Below, in pieces: positions 37,869-47,502 of a stretch of 64,000 bases of DNA. Position 1 is the first letter of the stretch. Each line of letters starts with the position of its first letter. Where the stretch lies: assembly GCA_963835575.1 (NCBI GenBank), contig CAWIGG010000004.1, positions 96,001 through 160,000 of the forward strand, in the 5' to 3' direction. The position numbers were made by a program, and so were the translations under genes. A model generated the notes under the pieces. The model was not told where the DNA came from and did not search any database. It saw only the letters and a program-made list of their open reading frames with translations. Source of the stretch: an uncultured Spirochaetota bacterium (GTDB lineage Bacteria > Spirochaetota > Brevinematia > Brevinematales > JAOACQ01).

Positions 37869-40550
37869 ATGAAAAAAATCGTTATCTTTTTAATATTTTT
37901 ATCGATTATAATCCCTCTTTTTGCCGTTGTTGACGGCAGCCAGTGGATCTATACGGGCACATCGCCCGCCGGAACGGCTAAAGCCTACACCGGCGTATCT
38001 CTTCAGCAGTACGCGGGCGACTTTCTCTACAATCCGGCCGTTCCCGCCCTGATCAACAGATTCACATTTTTCGGGAATACCGGATTTCTCTCAAAAGACC
38101 TAATCGTGAACGCCGGCCTGACCATACCTATGCCGAACGGCATCATGACTTTTGCCGGGAAAATGCTGAACAGCACACGAGCTGTCGGCAGTATCAGCGG
38201 TTTTGACATCGGCTTCGCGAAATCCATTACAGAGTCTTTTTCCTTCGGGTTCAAAGGCTCATTCCTCAATCAGACTATACGGACCACAAACAATGGTAAT
38301 GAAGTCTTATCGTCCGATATTGCCGTCACTCTGGACGCCGGGGCGATTTTCACACTCAGGAACCTGGTCCCTTTCGACAGGGGCTTCGGTATCAGGAATA
38401 ATACAATCGGCCTTGTGATTCTGGGGCTGGGAAAACCCTCCGTTCTTCAAAATAATTCCTCCATCCCGGGGATGGGCCTAAAAGGCGGAGTCAGTTTCGA
38501 ATGGATGGACTTCGAAAACGTCAAGGCCCTCTCCTCGATCGAACTGACATCCTATTTCTTTCCCTTATGCTATTCAAGCGCTGCCGGTTTAACATTAAAT
38601 CTTTTTAATATATTTAATCTCAGGGGCGGTCTCATCTACGGCAGCAACGGCCTGGGCAGCGCCTCAGACGGCCTTTTGTTTTATACTTTAGGCGCGTCGC
38701 TTGCCTATCAGTTCGGCGAAACACCGGTGGAAATATTTTATTCCTACAATCCGCACCAATTCCAGGGCGTTCCGGAAGCCACTCATTTTATCGGGATGGA
38801 AATCGGCTTCGGATCGATCGATAAAAACCCTCCTACAATTGAAATATCTTTTGACGGGGTAAAAACCAACCTGGCTTATTTTTCGCCGAATTACGACGGG
38901 GCCCAGGATGTTGTTTCCATCGATCTGGATATCCGGGATGAAAGCCTGATCGCCGACTGGGATATTTCCATCTATAACAGCAAAGGCGAAAGGGTCCGCC
39001 ACAGGGAAGGTGAAAAGGAAAGGGATGTGTCCCTGGATTTCGACCTCTTCTGGAAAAAGCTCTGGGCTAATAAGGAAAGCGTTCCGGTCCCTAAAAAAAT
39101 CGTGTGGAACGGCACTTCCGACAGCGGCGCGATCCTGCCTGAAGGGACTTATTATTTCATTGTGACAGCGCGGGACGAATTGAACAACCTGGCCGTTTCA
39201 AAAACCAATACGATCATACTCGACGTGACGCCGCCTTCCGGCTCCCTGTCGCTCTACGATTCCGTCTTTTCGCCCAACGGCGACGGGAAAAAAGACATTA
39301 TCATCATTTCACAGACCTTATCATCCAACGATTTCTGGAGGGCCGAGATCCGCGATGTGAACGGAAAGAAGGTCAGGGAATGGAACTGGGGCTTGAACCC
39401 GCCGATGCAGCTTGAATGGGACGGAAGGAATGACGCGGGAGTACTTCAGCCCGAAGGCACCTATGATTACATCGCGTACGGATGGGACAGGGCCGGCAAC
39501 AAAGCGGTCCTTCCCATGCCCGGCATCAACCTGTCGCTAAAAAAATATTCTGTATTTCTTGCCCTTGACAGGAACGGCATTTCGCCCAACGGCGATTCGG
39601 TCAATGATACGCTCAGATTGGTCCCGTCTGTCTCGGATTCAAACGGCCTGGTTTCATGGGCCTTAAGAATAAAAGACAAAAATCATGCTGTGATCAGGGA
39701 AATTAAAGGAAAAAACCTGCCTTCTTTCATACAATGGGATGGAAAAGACGCCGGCAATACAACAGTCAGGGACGGGCATTATCTTTGTTCCCTCTTGTGT
39801 GAATACGCCAACGGTGAAACGCCCGTATCCCAGGAATATCCCGTCACGGTCGATACAACGCCTCCATCCGTGGAATTTTCAGCGGAACCGGCGCTTTTTT
39901 CGCCGGACAATGACGGTGAAAACGACACGCTTTTCATTCACTTTAACGCCCAGGATGAAGAGGGCATAAAAAAATGGAGGATCACGATTTTAGACCCGGA
40001 TAATAAGCCGTTCAAGATATTCGAAGGAAGCGCGAACCCGGCCGATACAATTCAATGGGACGGCCGTTCTGAAAACGGCGAACTGGTCGAAAGCGCGCAG
40101 GACTACAGGGTCAGAGTGTACGCTGAAGACAGCCTGGGTAATATTACAGAAAAGGAAATAGATAAGCCCATTTCCGTCGATGTTCTTGTCGAAAAAACGG
40201 ACCGCGGCCTGAAGATCCGCATCAATAATATCGAGTTCGACTTCGCCAAAGCGTCGCTGAAGCCGAAGAAGGCCTTTATTCTGGACCGCGTGGCGCAGAT
40301 CCTTCAGAAATACGGCGGTTATAAAGTGGAAATCCAGGGACATACGGACAACATCGGATCGGAGGAAAAAAACCTGAAACTTTCCCGGGAAAGGGCGCAG
40401 ACGGTTTATGACTACCTGGTTAAGAAAGGGATATCCGGAACAAGGCTTACCACGGCAGGCTTCGGGTTCCAGTTTCCTGTCGCGAATAACAGCTCTGAAG
40501 AGGGAAGAAGGAAGAACAGGAGAGTGGAGTTTATTCTTCTCAAGAATTGA
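37869..40550 (+). CDS. OmpA-family protein: N-terminal barrel-like region, FlgD-type Ig repeats, C-terminal peptidoglycan-binding domain
   Basis: Repeats FSPNYDG/FSPNGDG/ISPNGDS/FSPDNDG with WDG motifs; IQGHTDN, LSRERA, NRRVEF. Confidence 0.85.
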   Translation: MKKIVIFLIFLSIIIPLFAVVDGSQWIYTGTSPAGTAKAYTGVSLQQYAGDFLYNPAVPALINRFTFFGNTGFLSKDLIVNAGLTIPMPNGIMTFAGKMLNSTRAVGSISGFDIGFAKSITESFSFGFKGSFLNQTIRTTNNGNEVLSSDIAVTLDAGAIFTLRNLVPFDRGFGIRNNTIGLVILGLGKPSVLQNNSSIPGMGLKGGVSFEWMDFENVKALSSIELTSYFFPLCYSSAAGLTLNLFNIFNLRGGLIYGSNGLGSASDGLLFYTLGASLAYQFGETPVEIFYSYNPHQFQGVPEATHFIGMEIGFGSIDKNPPTIEISFDGVKTNLAYFSPNYDGAQDVVSIDLDIRDESLIADWDISIYNSKGERVRHREGEKERDVSLDFDLFWKKLWANKESVPVPKKIVWNGTSDSGAILPEGTYYFIVTARDELNNLAVSKTNTIILDVTPPSGSLSLYDSVFSPNGDGKKDIIIISQTLSSNDFWRAEIRDVNGKKVREWNWGLNPPMQLEWDGRNDAGVLQPEGTYDYIAYGWDRAGNKAVLPMPGINLSLKKYSVFLALDRNGISPNGDSVNDTLRLVPSVSDSNGLVSWALRIKDKNHAVIREIKGKNLPSFIQWDGKDAGNTTVRDGHYLCSLLCEYANGETPVSQEYPVTVDTTPPSVEFSAEPALFSPDNDGENDTLFIHFNAQDEEGIKKWRITILDPDNKPFKIFEGSANPADTIQWDGRSENGELVESAQDYRVRVYAEDSLGNITEKEIDKPISVDVLVEKTDRGLKIRINNIEFDFAKASLKPKKAFILDRVAQILQKYGGYKVEIQGHTDNIGSEEKNLKLSRERAQTVYDYLVKKGISGTRLTTAGFGFQFPVANNSSEEGRRKNRRVEFILLKN

Positions 40551-40558
40551 ATCGGGCC

Positions 40559-40580
40559 TTCCGCTAAGCCACGCGAAGGG
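40559..40580 (+). repeat. Family A repeat, solo copy
   Basis: TTCCGCTAAGCCACGCGAAGGG, 22-bp match to the reverse complement of the 18139-18168 copy. Confidence 0.85.
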
Positions 40581-40595
40581 TTAATAACAAAAGAT

Positions 40596-40744
40596 CGTCA
40601 TTGCGAGTCACAAGAATTAAACCTCGCCACTATTCATGGTACGAAGCAATCTGTCTATAAATAAAGAATTCTAAATAAATTAACAGATTGCTTCGTGCGG
40701 CAATAATCGGCATAGTATAAAGCCGGTTTTCTCGCAATGACGGC
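40596..40744. repeat. Family B palindromic element, copy 4
   Basis: CGTCATTGCGAG...CGAAGCAATCTGT...ACAGATTGCTTCG...CTCGCAATGACGGC between convergent genes. Confidence 0.88.
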
Positions 40745-40746
40745 TA

Positions 40747-41439
40747 TTATTTACCGTAAGAATAGCTTTTTATTTTTTTGACCCATCCGCGGGGATTTCT
40801 GTCTTCAAAAAAAGCATACCCGATAACAAGAATATCAGCTCCGTTCTGAAGAACATTCCCATAAGTAAGCCTGTTAATTCCGCCGTCAACCTGAACGGCA
40901 ATGGAACGGCCTTTGATCAATTCCCTGAGTTTTTTCAAACGTCCGAGGGTTTCCGGAATAAATTTCTGCCCTGAGTATCCCGGCTCAACGCTCATCAGAA
41001 GGACCAGGTCGATAATGTCCAGGAAAGGACTCAGCGCCTTAACAGGCGTTTTCGGCCGGATTGAAAGGCCAATGGTTTTTCCGCTCTTTTTAACAGCCTT
41101 TATATACTCATTTATACTGCCGTTCATGGATTCCAGATGAAGAGTAATATGATCAACAGGCAGTTCAAGAAAAGGTTTAAGCCCGGCCGGCTTTTCCAGA
41201 TCGATCATAAGATGAACATCCGCCGGGATCCTTGTTTTTGAATTGATATCCCCGATCAATTTAGCGCCGAAGGAAATATTCGGGACAAAATGATTGTCCA
41301 TCACGTCATAGTGGATCATATCAACTTTAGCGGCCCCGCAAACGGCCGCGGCTTTTTTCAGGTTATAAAAATCGGCCGCGAAAATCGAAGGCGCGGCGCA
41401 TGGGCCGCTGACCGGCAGAAAAGGCCTGCTGTTATTCAT
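40747..41439 (-). CDS. rpe: Ribulose-phosphate 3-epimerase
   Basis: APSIFAADF, HYDVMDNHFVPN, DVHLM, LMSVEPG, VDGGI. Confidence 0.95.
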   Translation of the reverse strand: MNNSRPFLPVSGPCAAPSIFAADFYNLKKAAAVCGAAKVDMIHYDVMDNHFVPNISFGAKLIGDINSKTRIPADVHLMIDLEKPAGLKPFLELPVDHITLHLESMNGSINEYIKAVKKSGKTIGLSIRPKTPVKALSPFLDIIDLVLLMSVEPGYSGQKFIPETLGRLKKLRELIKGRSIAVQVDGGINRLTYGNVLQNGADILVIGYAFFEDRNPRGWVKKIKSYSYGK

Positions 41440-42541
41440 ACGGAAATTCCTTCACAAAGCTGTTGTCGATAAAAAGGGTCAGTTTTGCCTTGCCGTAGGC
41501 TTTAAAGCAGAGGATGATATAATCACCGTAATTCTGCATTTTATTGAAAACCTCCTGCTGATCATTCACTTCGTCTGAAAGCATGATCTTAATATTCGCC
41601 TGATTTTTCGCGAGCGATTCATCCATTACAGCGGCCTCATTGGATGATACAGATGATATGCTTTCAAGATGGTAGCTGAAAATCCGGTATCTGGCTTTCT
41701 GTTTTTTTACATCATTGTCCTCAAAAATCCCGACTTTCAGCCGGATTTCGGAGTTTTTCGGCACAATTGTATTGGATTGAACGCTCTGAGATAATATCAA
41801 TCCGTCTTCATCCGCGTTCTGGACAGGAGTTTCTTCAATAACAGGCTGGATTGAATTGACGATCAGGGTCCTGGCGACCAGTTCCAGCGCCTGTCTTGAA
41901 TAATCCGCGACCCTGAACTGGCCCTCGCCCACATCCGAATTGACCACAATCTTCATTTTAACGTTCCTGTCCTCTTCCTGGTTCGGCGGGATGTCCTGGC
42001 TGATCACAGTATCAACCTGATAATCCGAACTCTGGATTATGGTGACCTCATAGCTGATATTTAATTTTGTCAAAAGCTGTTCGGCTTCCTCGCGTTTCAA
42101 GCCGGTTAATGCCGGGGCAGTATAAACGTCTTTTCCCATGCTGACTAATAGCGTCACAGTTCGCCCCTTCCTGACAGCAGAGCCCTGTGAAGGGAACTGC
42201 TCAAGCACAAAGTATTTCTGTGAATTCGTGTCAAACTTGCTGTCTAATTCCACAACAAGCCCTTTATCCTGCAGTTCAATGGACGCTTCAATAACATTCA
42301 GGCCGGCAACCGAAGGCACCTTTACCACCGGGGCCGCGATGCTGGATATAATCAGCACCATAAAAGCCACAAAAGCGGCCGCGGCGCATGCTAATATAAA
42401 AACAAAAAACATCCTTCTCACAAAACGGGTGTATATATCAGCCCCCGAGGCGCTGAAATAATCCCTTGTTTTTTTCTCGAATTTAAAAATCGTGATTTTA
42501 AGCTTCTGAAAAAGCGCGCTTGCCGCCTTCGGTTCATTCAT
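41432..42541 (-). CDS. Membrane-anchored PASTA-domain protein
   Basis: Single TM then VPSVAGL...VLEQFP, APALTGL...VISQD repeats; usual def-fmt-PASTA context. Confidence 0.85.
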   Translation of the reverse strand: MNEPKAASALFQKLKITIFKFEKKTRDYFSASGADIYTRFVRRMFFVFILACAAAAFVAFMVLIISSIAAPVVKVPSVAGLNVIEASIELQDKGLVVELDSKFDTNSQKYFVLEQFPSQGSAVRKGRTVTLLVSMGKDVYTAPALTGLKREEAEQLLTKLNISYEVTIIQSSDYQVDTVISQDIPPNQEEDRNVKMKIVVNSDVGEGQFRVADYSRQALELVARTLIVNSIQPVIEETPVQNADEDGLILSQSVQSNTIVPKNSEIRLKVGIFEDNDVKKQKARYRIFSYHLESISSVSSNEAAVMDESLAKNQANIKIMLSDEVNDQQEVFNKMQNYGDYIILCFKAYGKAKLTLFIDNSFVKEFPYE

Positions 42542-42552
42542 ATATAATCTCC

Positions 42553-43518
42553 TTAAAAAATCCTTCCTGCAGCCGGTTTATAGCCGTTGATAAAAGCCGG
42601 ATAATCCATTTCCTTTTTGCCCCATGGCTTTAATTTCAAAAGCGAGAGGCATCCCTCTCTGCACTGCACAATCAGGCCTTTTTTATCCGCCTCCAGTATG
42701 ACCCCGGCCTTTTGAACAGGCCCGCATTGTTCAATCAGCTTTATTTCCATTAATGCCACATTGATTGCCGGGCCCTGAAGGGCGCTTCCATCGGGCAGAT
42801 TGCGGTATTCGGTATAAACGCCGGGCCAGACAGCGTAAGCCCTTCTTTTATTATAGATCTCCGCGGCGGTATGGGATTTAAAGCTGACCCGCCCGTCCTC
42901 TTTTTTTATCAGTTTCGTGAAAGTGGCCGCCGAATCGTCCTGCTTGATGCGCTTAACGCTTCCATCTTCTATCGCGTGAACCGCCTCTCTTAAAATGAGC
43001 GCGCCTTCCCCGGCCAGCCTGGGAGAGAGGGTTGTGTAATCATCCTCCTGAGCTATCCCGACTTCCTTCTGCATAATGATATCGCCTTTGTCCAGCTCTT
43101 TTGCCATATACTGTACGGTAACGCCGGTAACACTGCCGCCATGCTCCAGGACCGCCTGGATGGGAGACGCCCCTCTATATAAAGGAAGAAGAGAAGCATG
43201 GAGATTGACCGAATGGCGCTTCGGTATTGATAAAACCGCCTCGGGAAGGATCATGCCGTAAGACACAACAACGGACAGATCCGGATTCAAAACTCTCAAA
43301 GACTCTATCACTCCCTCATCCTTCAGACTGCAGGTTTGAATAACCGGAATATTATGCGCAAGAGCGAATACCTTGACCGGAGTCTGGCGCAGTTCCTTCA
43401 AACCGCGCCCGCAGGCGGAATCCGGGTTTGTCACTACCGAGATAATCTCATGCTCTTTAAATAATATTTCCAGAGAAGGAACGGAAAAGTCAGAGCTTCC
43501 CCAAAACAGGACCCTCAT
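42553..43518 (-). CDS. fmt: Methionyl-tRNA formyltransferase
   Basis: VVTNPD, VVSYG, NLHASLLPLYRGASPIQ, LDKGDI. Confidence 0.96.
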   Translation of the reverse strand: MRVLFWGSSDFSVPSLEILFKEHEIISVVTNPDSACGRGLKELRQTPVKVFALAHNIPVIQTCSLKDEGVIESLRVLNPDLSVVVSYGMILPEAVLSIPKRHSVNLHASLLPLYRGASPIQAVLEHGGSVTGVTVQYMAKELDKGDIIMQKEVGIAQEDDYTTLSPRLAGEGALILREAVHAIEDGSVKRIKQDDSAATFTKLIKKEDGRVSFKSHTAAEIYNKRRAYAVWPGVYTEYRNLPDGSALQGPAINVALMEIKLIEQCGPVQKAGVILEADKKGLIVQCREGCLSLLKLKPWGKKEMDYPAFINGYKPAAGRIF

Positions 43519-44051
43519 AAACAGACATTCCCGAACTTCTTTCTGTTCTTCTCAAGAATATCCTCGATTTTATCCTTATTCTTCACCCTCTCTTCAAAAG
43601 ACAGGTAATCAATAAAAAGTTTGCCGTTCAGGTGGTCCATTTCATGCTGGAGGACCCTGGCAAAGACATCGTCAGCGTCTAAGAGAATTGTCTTCCCGCC
43701 GGGCAAAGTCCCCTTCAACTTTATTGTTTTAGGACGGCTGACGGTCCCCCAGACATCCGGTATGGAAAGACAGCCTTCTTCATTCTCTTCTTCATCAAAA
43801 GACCTGTAAATAATTTTCGGATTGATCAGGGCTATTCTTCTCTCTTTTTCTTCCTTCGATTTTGTCAGGTCGATGACCAGGATTTTCTTTGTTATACCAA
43901 CCTGGGTCGCCGCCAGGCCTATTCCGCTTTCTTCGAGAGTGTCCATCATATCATGGACAATCCTCATAATATCTTTATCAACTTCTTTGACTTCCTCGGC
44001 TTTTTTCCTTAAGACAGGGTGGCCGTAAGTCAGAATTTCCAGTTTTGCCAT
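43515..44051 (-). CDS. def: Peptide deformylase
   Basis: GIGLAATQVG, EGCLSIP, QHEMDHLNG. Confidence 0.97.
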   Translation of the reverse strand: MAKLEILTYGHPVLRKKAEEVKEVDKDIMRIVHDMMDTLEESGIGLAATQVGITKKILVIDLTKSKEEKERRIALINPKIIYRSFDEEENEEGCLSIPDVWGTVSRPKTIKLKGTLPGGKTILLDADDVFARVLQHEMDHLNGKLFIDYLSFEERVKNKDKIEDILEKNRKKFGNVCL

Positions 44052-44287
44052 TGTTTTATTGACCTCGCTCTTATTAAGCATAATATTTTAAAGAAAAAAA
44101 CCAGTTAAGCCAATATTTTGAGTACTTATTTTTATTCTCATGCCGTTTTTTTTCAATTCAACCCTTTCTATTAAAAAAATAATAAAATTTCATCAAATTT
44201 CAAAATAACCTGAGCTGAGAATTTATCTATGGCGAATTTATTTGACAAAACGGCTCAATTCAAGAATTAAAATTATCCTGAAAAATA

Positions 44288-44314
44288 TAAGGCATTTTAA
44301 AAAACTGCCGATTT
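44288..44314 (+). promoter_or_regulatory. Putative sigma-28 (FliA) promoter of flaA
   Basis: TAAG-N15-GCCGATTT upstream of flaA. Confidence 0.45.
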
Positions 44315-44373
44315 TTAATATAAGATTGAAAGCTTTATATTTAAAAGCAAAAAACTCTCAAAGGAGCGGGAAT

Positions 44374-45345
44374 ATGAAAACTAAAATAGCGGTATCAAGT
44401 ATCATACTTATATTCTCCATTTTAACGGCTTTACAGGCTACCATCAACAGGACTTTGATCGATTTCGCCAAATATGATGAATCTGTCAAAGCCCAGTACC
44501 CTGAACCGGCTGAAAGCTACATCTCGAATGTTGACGGCAGTCCAAGGGTTGTGGTCGGTTACAAAGACTATATGCTGGAAAACTGGAAGGTTGAGCTGAA
44601 TGAATCCGCCGATATGATCGATAACAGGATCAACAGCTTCTGCAAGCCGGTTGACAGCCAGCGCTTTAAAACCACCCTCGGCATCAGGGTCCATTTTCCA
44701 AAATGGAATAACAACAGCTACGCTGTGATAAAACCGCCTTTCCCCATAAAAATATATGACACAAACAGCCAGTTTGCCAACGCGGAAAACGGCGTTATGC
44801 CGAACGCGTCGGAAATCAAAAGCCTTTCGGTCTGGGTGAACGGCAGGAATTTCCGTTTCGGGCTGGCAGTGCGCCTGAGGGACCGTTATGAAGTGGTCCA
44901 CGAATACTTTTTAGGCTGGCTCTGGTTTGACGGATGGAGAAAGCTTGTTTTCCTCAATTCGAACTACACGGAAAGGATCTCGGCAAAAACCCTTTCCAGG
45001 GAACCGCTCTATCCTTTTGACATTCCCTATTATGTGTTTGATTCCATTGTCATATACCGCCCGGCCGATCAGATCGGGGGGGATTTTGTAACATATATTA
45101 AATCCATCGAAATGGAATATAATCCTTACGTAATCGACGAGGAAGTCACGCAGGACATCAAGGACAAACAGGTATGGGGCATTATTACTGCTAAGACAAA
45201 ACAAAAAATGGATTTTGAAAACAAGAACCTGACTGAAAATCTTTACCTCTATCAGCAGGAAAAGAAAAGAATGCAGTCCAACAAGGATTCGGCTGTAACA
45301 TCATCAGCGCCTTCGACGCCGTCAACAACATCAACCAACAAATAA
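44374..45345 (+). CDS. flaA: Periplasmic flagellar filament sheath protein FlaA
   Basis: Signal peptide, TLIDFAK, LGIRVHFP, IKSLSVWVNGRNF, LWFDGWRKL; AAGGAG RBS before ATG 44374. Confidence 0.88.
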   Translation: MKTKIAVSSIILIFSILTALQATINRTLIDFAKYDESVKAQYPEPAESYISNVDGSPRVVVGYKDYMLENWKVELNESADMIDNRINSFCKPVDSQRFKTTLGIRVHFPKWNNNSYAVIKPPFPIKIYDTNSQFANAENGVMPNASEIKSLSVWVNGRNFRFGLAVRLRDRYEVVHEYFLGWLWFDGWRKLVFLNSNYTERISAKTLSREPLYPFDIPYYVFDSIVIYRPADQIGGDFVTYIKSIEMEYNPYVIDEEVTQDIKDKQVWGIITAKTKQKMDFENKNLTENLYLYQQEKKRMQSNKDSAVTSSAPSTPSTTSTNK

Positions 45346-45364
45346 TCATAGGTCCTTATAAAAC

Positions 45365-45399
45365 AAAAAAGAGACGCTCTCCGGAGCGTCTTTTTTTTT
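45365..45399 (+). terminator. Intrinsic (likely bidirectional) terminator after flaA
   Basis: AAAAAAGAGACGCTC-TCCG-GAGCGTCTTTTTTTTT. Confidence 0.9.
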
Positions 45400-45417
45400 A
45401 TTCCGCGCCGACTTTTC

Positions 45418-45446
45418 TTGATTATCCGGCTGAAAATTAGTATAAT
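45418..45446 (+). promoter_or_regulatory. Sigma-70 promoter of the first binding-protein gene
   Basis: TTGATT-N17-TATAAT; same architecture at 47444 and 59148. Confidence 0.7.
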
Positions 45447-45479
45447 TTTCCCGAGTTTGTAAATTATTGAGGTGGCATT

Positions 45480-47234
45480 ATGAAATTTCAAAAATCAAAT
45501 TTACTTTTTATCATGATCCTTCTGTTTCTTTTTAACAGCGCTCAGACATGGCCGGCCGGTAAAAGCGCCGAGCCGTTCGGCTCGAAAGACGCCGTCAGGG
45601 GCGGGGAACTCTCCCTCCGGGTCAATGATTTTCCCAAATCATTCAATTATTTTGTCAATAACGCCTCTGACGCCTCTGAGGTTTTTGCCGCAGTCTACGA
45701 TACGCTTTTAGAAATGGACCCGACAACACTTGAATTCCAGCCTCTTCTGGCAAAATCCTGGACCATCTCAAAAGATAAAAAGGAATTCACTTTTATATTG
45801 GACCCCTCGGCAAAATGGGCCGACGGAAAGCCCGTTACGGCAGAGGATGTAAAATTCACCTATGATGTCATCATGGACACAAACAACATGACCATTGTCC
45901 AGCGTATGGGGTACAGCCGGTTTTATCCGCCGGTCATTCTAGATTCCCATTCCATAAAATTCACGGCAAAAATGGTCCATTTCAACAATTTTGTCAACCT
46001 GGCCGGTTTTACCGTACTGCCGAAACACCTTTTTGAAGGAAAGGATTTCAACAAGAGCTTTAATATGAACCTGCCGGCCGGCAGCGGCCCTTATATTTTA
46101 AGCGAGGTCCGTGAAGGCCGCTATTACACGCTCACTCGCCGGAAAGACTACTGGGCAGATTCCCTGCCGTCGCACCGCGGCACTTATAATTTCGAGAGGA
46201 TCAAGTACAAAGTCATCCGTGATGACAACGTGGCATTCGAAGGCTTTAAAAAAGGCGATTTCGACATGATCGCAGACGATATATCGGCCAAGCGCTGGGC
46301 AACCGAAACCGGATCGGAACCCTTCCAGAAAAACTGGATTGTCAAGCATAAGGTCTATAATTATTATCCGCGCGGTTTTTCCGGCATCGCGCTGAATTTA
46401 AGAAAGCCGCTCTTTCAGGATATCCGTGTCAGGAAAGCGCTCTTTATGCTGTTAGACAGGAAGGACCTGATTGAAAAGATCATGTATAACCAGTATGAAC
46501 CTCTTTCGTCCTACTGGCCGTCTTTATACGGTCCGAAGGGCGGGAATAATCCGGTCAGCTACGATCCGGAAAAAGCCAAAAAACTCCTCCGTGAAGCGGG
46601 TTATACAAAATTGGACAGGGAAGGCTATCTCATCAATAAAAAGGGCGAAAGGATGGAATTCACTTTGTCCTATTCAGGCGATAGCTTTGAGAAGCACCTG
46701 ACGCTTTATGCCGATTCTTGCCGGCAGGCGGGGGTTAAAATCAATCTGGAACTGTTGTCATGGGCGACACTATTAAAGAAGATGGAACAGTACAATTTTG
46801 ACTCTCTGATCATAGCCTGGAGCACATCCCTTTTTGAAGACCCTGAACAGCTCTGGCATTCCCGGTACGCTGACGTACCGGGCGGCAGCGACCTTCCAGG
46901 ATTTAAAAACAAAAAAGTGGACGCCTATATCGATTCCCTGCCCCCCCTATTTGATGCGGATGAAAGAATAAACATCATTAAGAATATTGATAAAATCATT
47001 TATGAGGAAACCCCATACATCTTAATGTGGGGCGCGAATTACTCACGCCTGCTCTACAAAAACATCTTCGGGATGCCGAAAACATTCCTTTCAAAATACG
47101 GCTCCACACACGACGTCATCAACTACTGGTGGTTTGACCCGGAAAAAGAAAAAAAATACGATGAAGCGAAAAAGAATAACATCCCGCTTCCCCCCGAACC
47201 GGTTGAAGTGTATTACGATAAACTGGCGAAGTAA
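45480..47234 (+). CDS. Peptide ABC transporter substrate-binding protein (OppA/YejA-like) 1
   Basis: Family 5 SBP: PLLAKSW...WADGKPVTAEDVKFT, GSGPY, LFQDIRVRKAL. Confidence 0.92.
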   Translation: MKFQKSNLLFIMILLFLFNSAQTWPAGKSAEPFGSKDAVRGGELSLRVNDFPKSFNYFVNNASDASEVFAAVYDTLLEMDPTTLEFQPLLAKSWTISKDKKEFTFILDPSAKWADGKPVTAEDVKFTYDVIMDTNNMTIVQRMGYSRFYPPVILDSHSIKFTAKMVHFNNFVNLAGFTVLPKHLFEGKDFNKSFNMNLPAGSGPYILSEVREGRYYTLTRRKDYWADSLPSHRGTYNFERIKYKVIRDDNVAFEGFKKGDFDMIADDISAKRWATETGSEPFQKNWIVKHKVYNYYPRGFSGIALNLRKPLFQDIRVRKALFMLLDRKDLIEKIMYNQYEPLSSYWPSLYGPKGGNNPVSYDPEKAKKLLREAGYTKLDREGYLINKKGERMEFTLSYSGDSFEKHLTLYADSCRQAGVKINLELLSWATLLKKMEQYNFDSLIIAWSTSLFEDPEQLWHSRYADVPGGSDLPGFKNKKVDAYIDSLPPLFDADERINIIKNIDKIIYEETPYILMWGANYSRLLYKNIFGMPKTFLSKYGSTHDVINYWWFDPEKEKKYDEAKKNNIPLPPEPVEVYYDKLAK

Positions 47235-47252
47235 AGGAATCTTTTAGTAAAG

Positions 47253-47360
47253 GCTTCACCCCCATCCGTTCTCCATCCCTCGGCAGACGACAGGCTCACT
47301 GCAAGCTTCGCTCGGGAACCGTTGGAGAGGGGTGCCGAGCCTTGCGAGGCGGGGTGAGGC
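47253..47360. repeat. Composite nested palindromic element
   Basis: Outer GCTTCACCCC...CTCC...GGAGAGGGG...GGGGTGAGGC enclosing CCCTCGGC[AGACGACAGGCTCACTGCAAGC]TTCGCTCGGGA. Confidence 0.7.
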
Positions 47361-47443
47361 ATGCCGGTCCTGCCTTATTGGGATTGTCCTAATAAAGGAT
47401 AGATAATTCAAATTCATTTTCATTCATATAAACACTACATTTC

Positions 47444-47472
47444 TTGATTATCACAATAAGTGCGGCTATAAT
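47444..47472 (+). promoter_or_regulatory. Sigma-70 promoter of the second binding-protein gene
   Basis: TTGATT-N17-TATAAT. Confidence 0.7.
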
Positions 47473-47502
47473 TTTTCACTTCTTAATACCGGGAGATTTT
47501 TC

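Noticed and set aside
374..40744. CRISPR array from conserved arms with variable spacers
   Set aside because: Arms are inverted and dispersed rather than tandem direct repeats; no cas genes in the window
44242..44373. N-terminal extension of FlaA from TTG 44242
   Set aside because: RBS and signal peptide point to ATG 44374; the extension covers the promoter region
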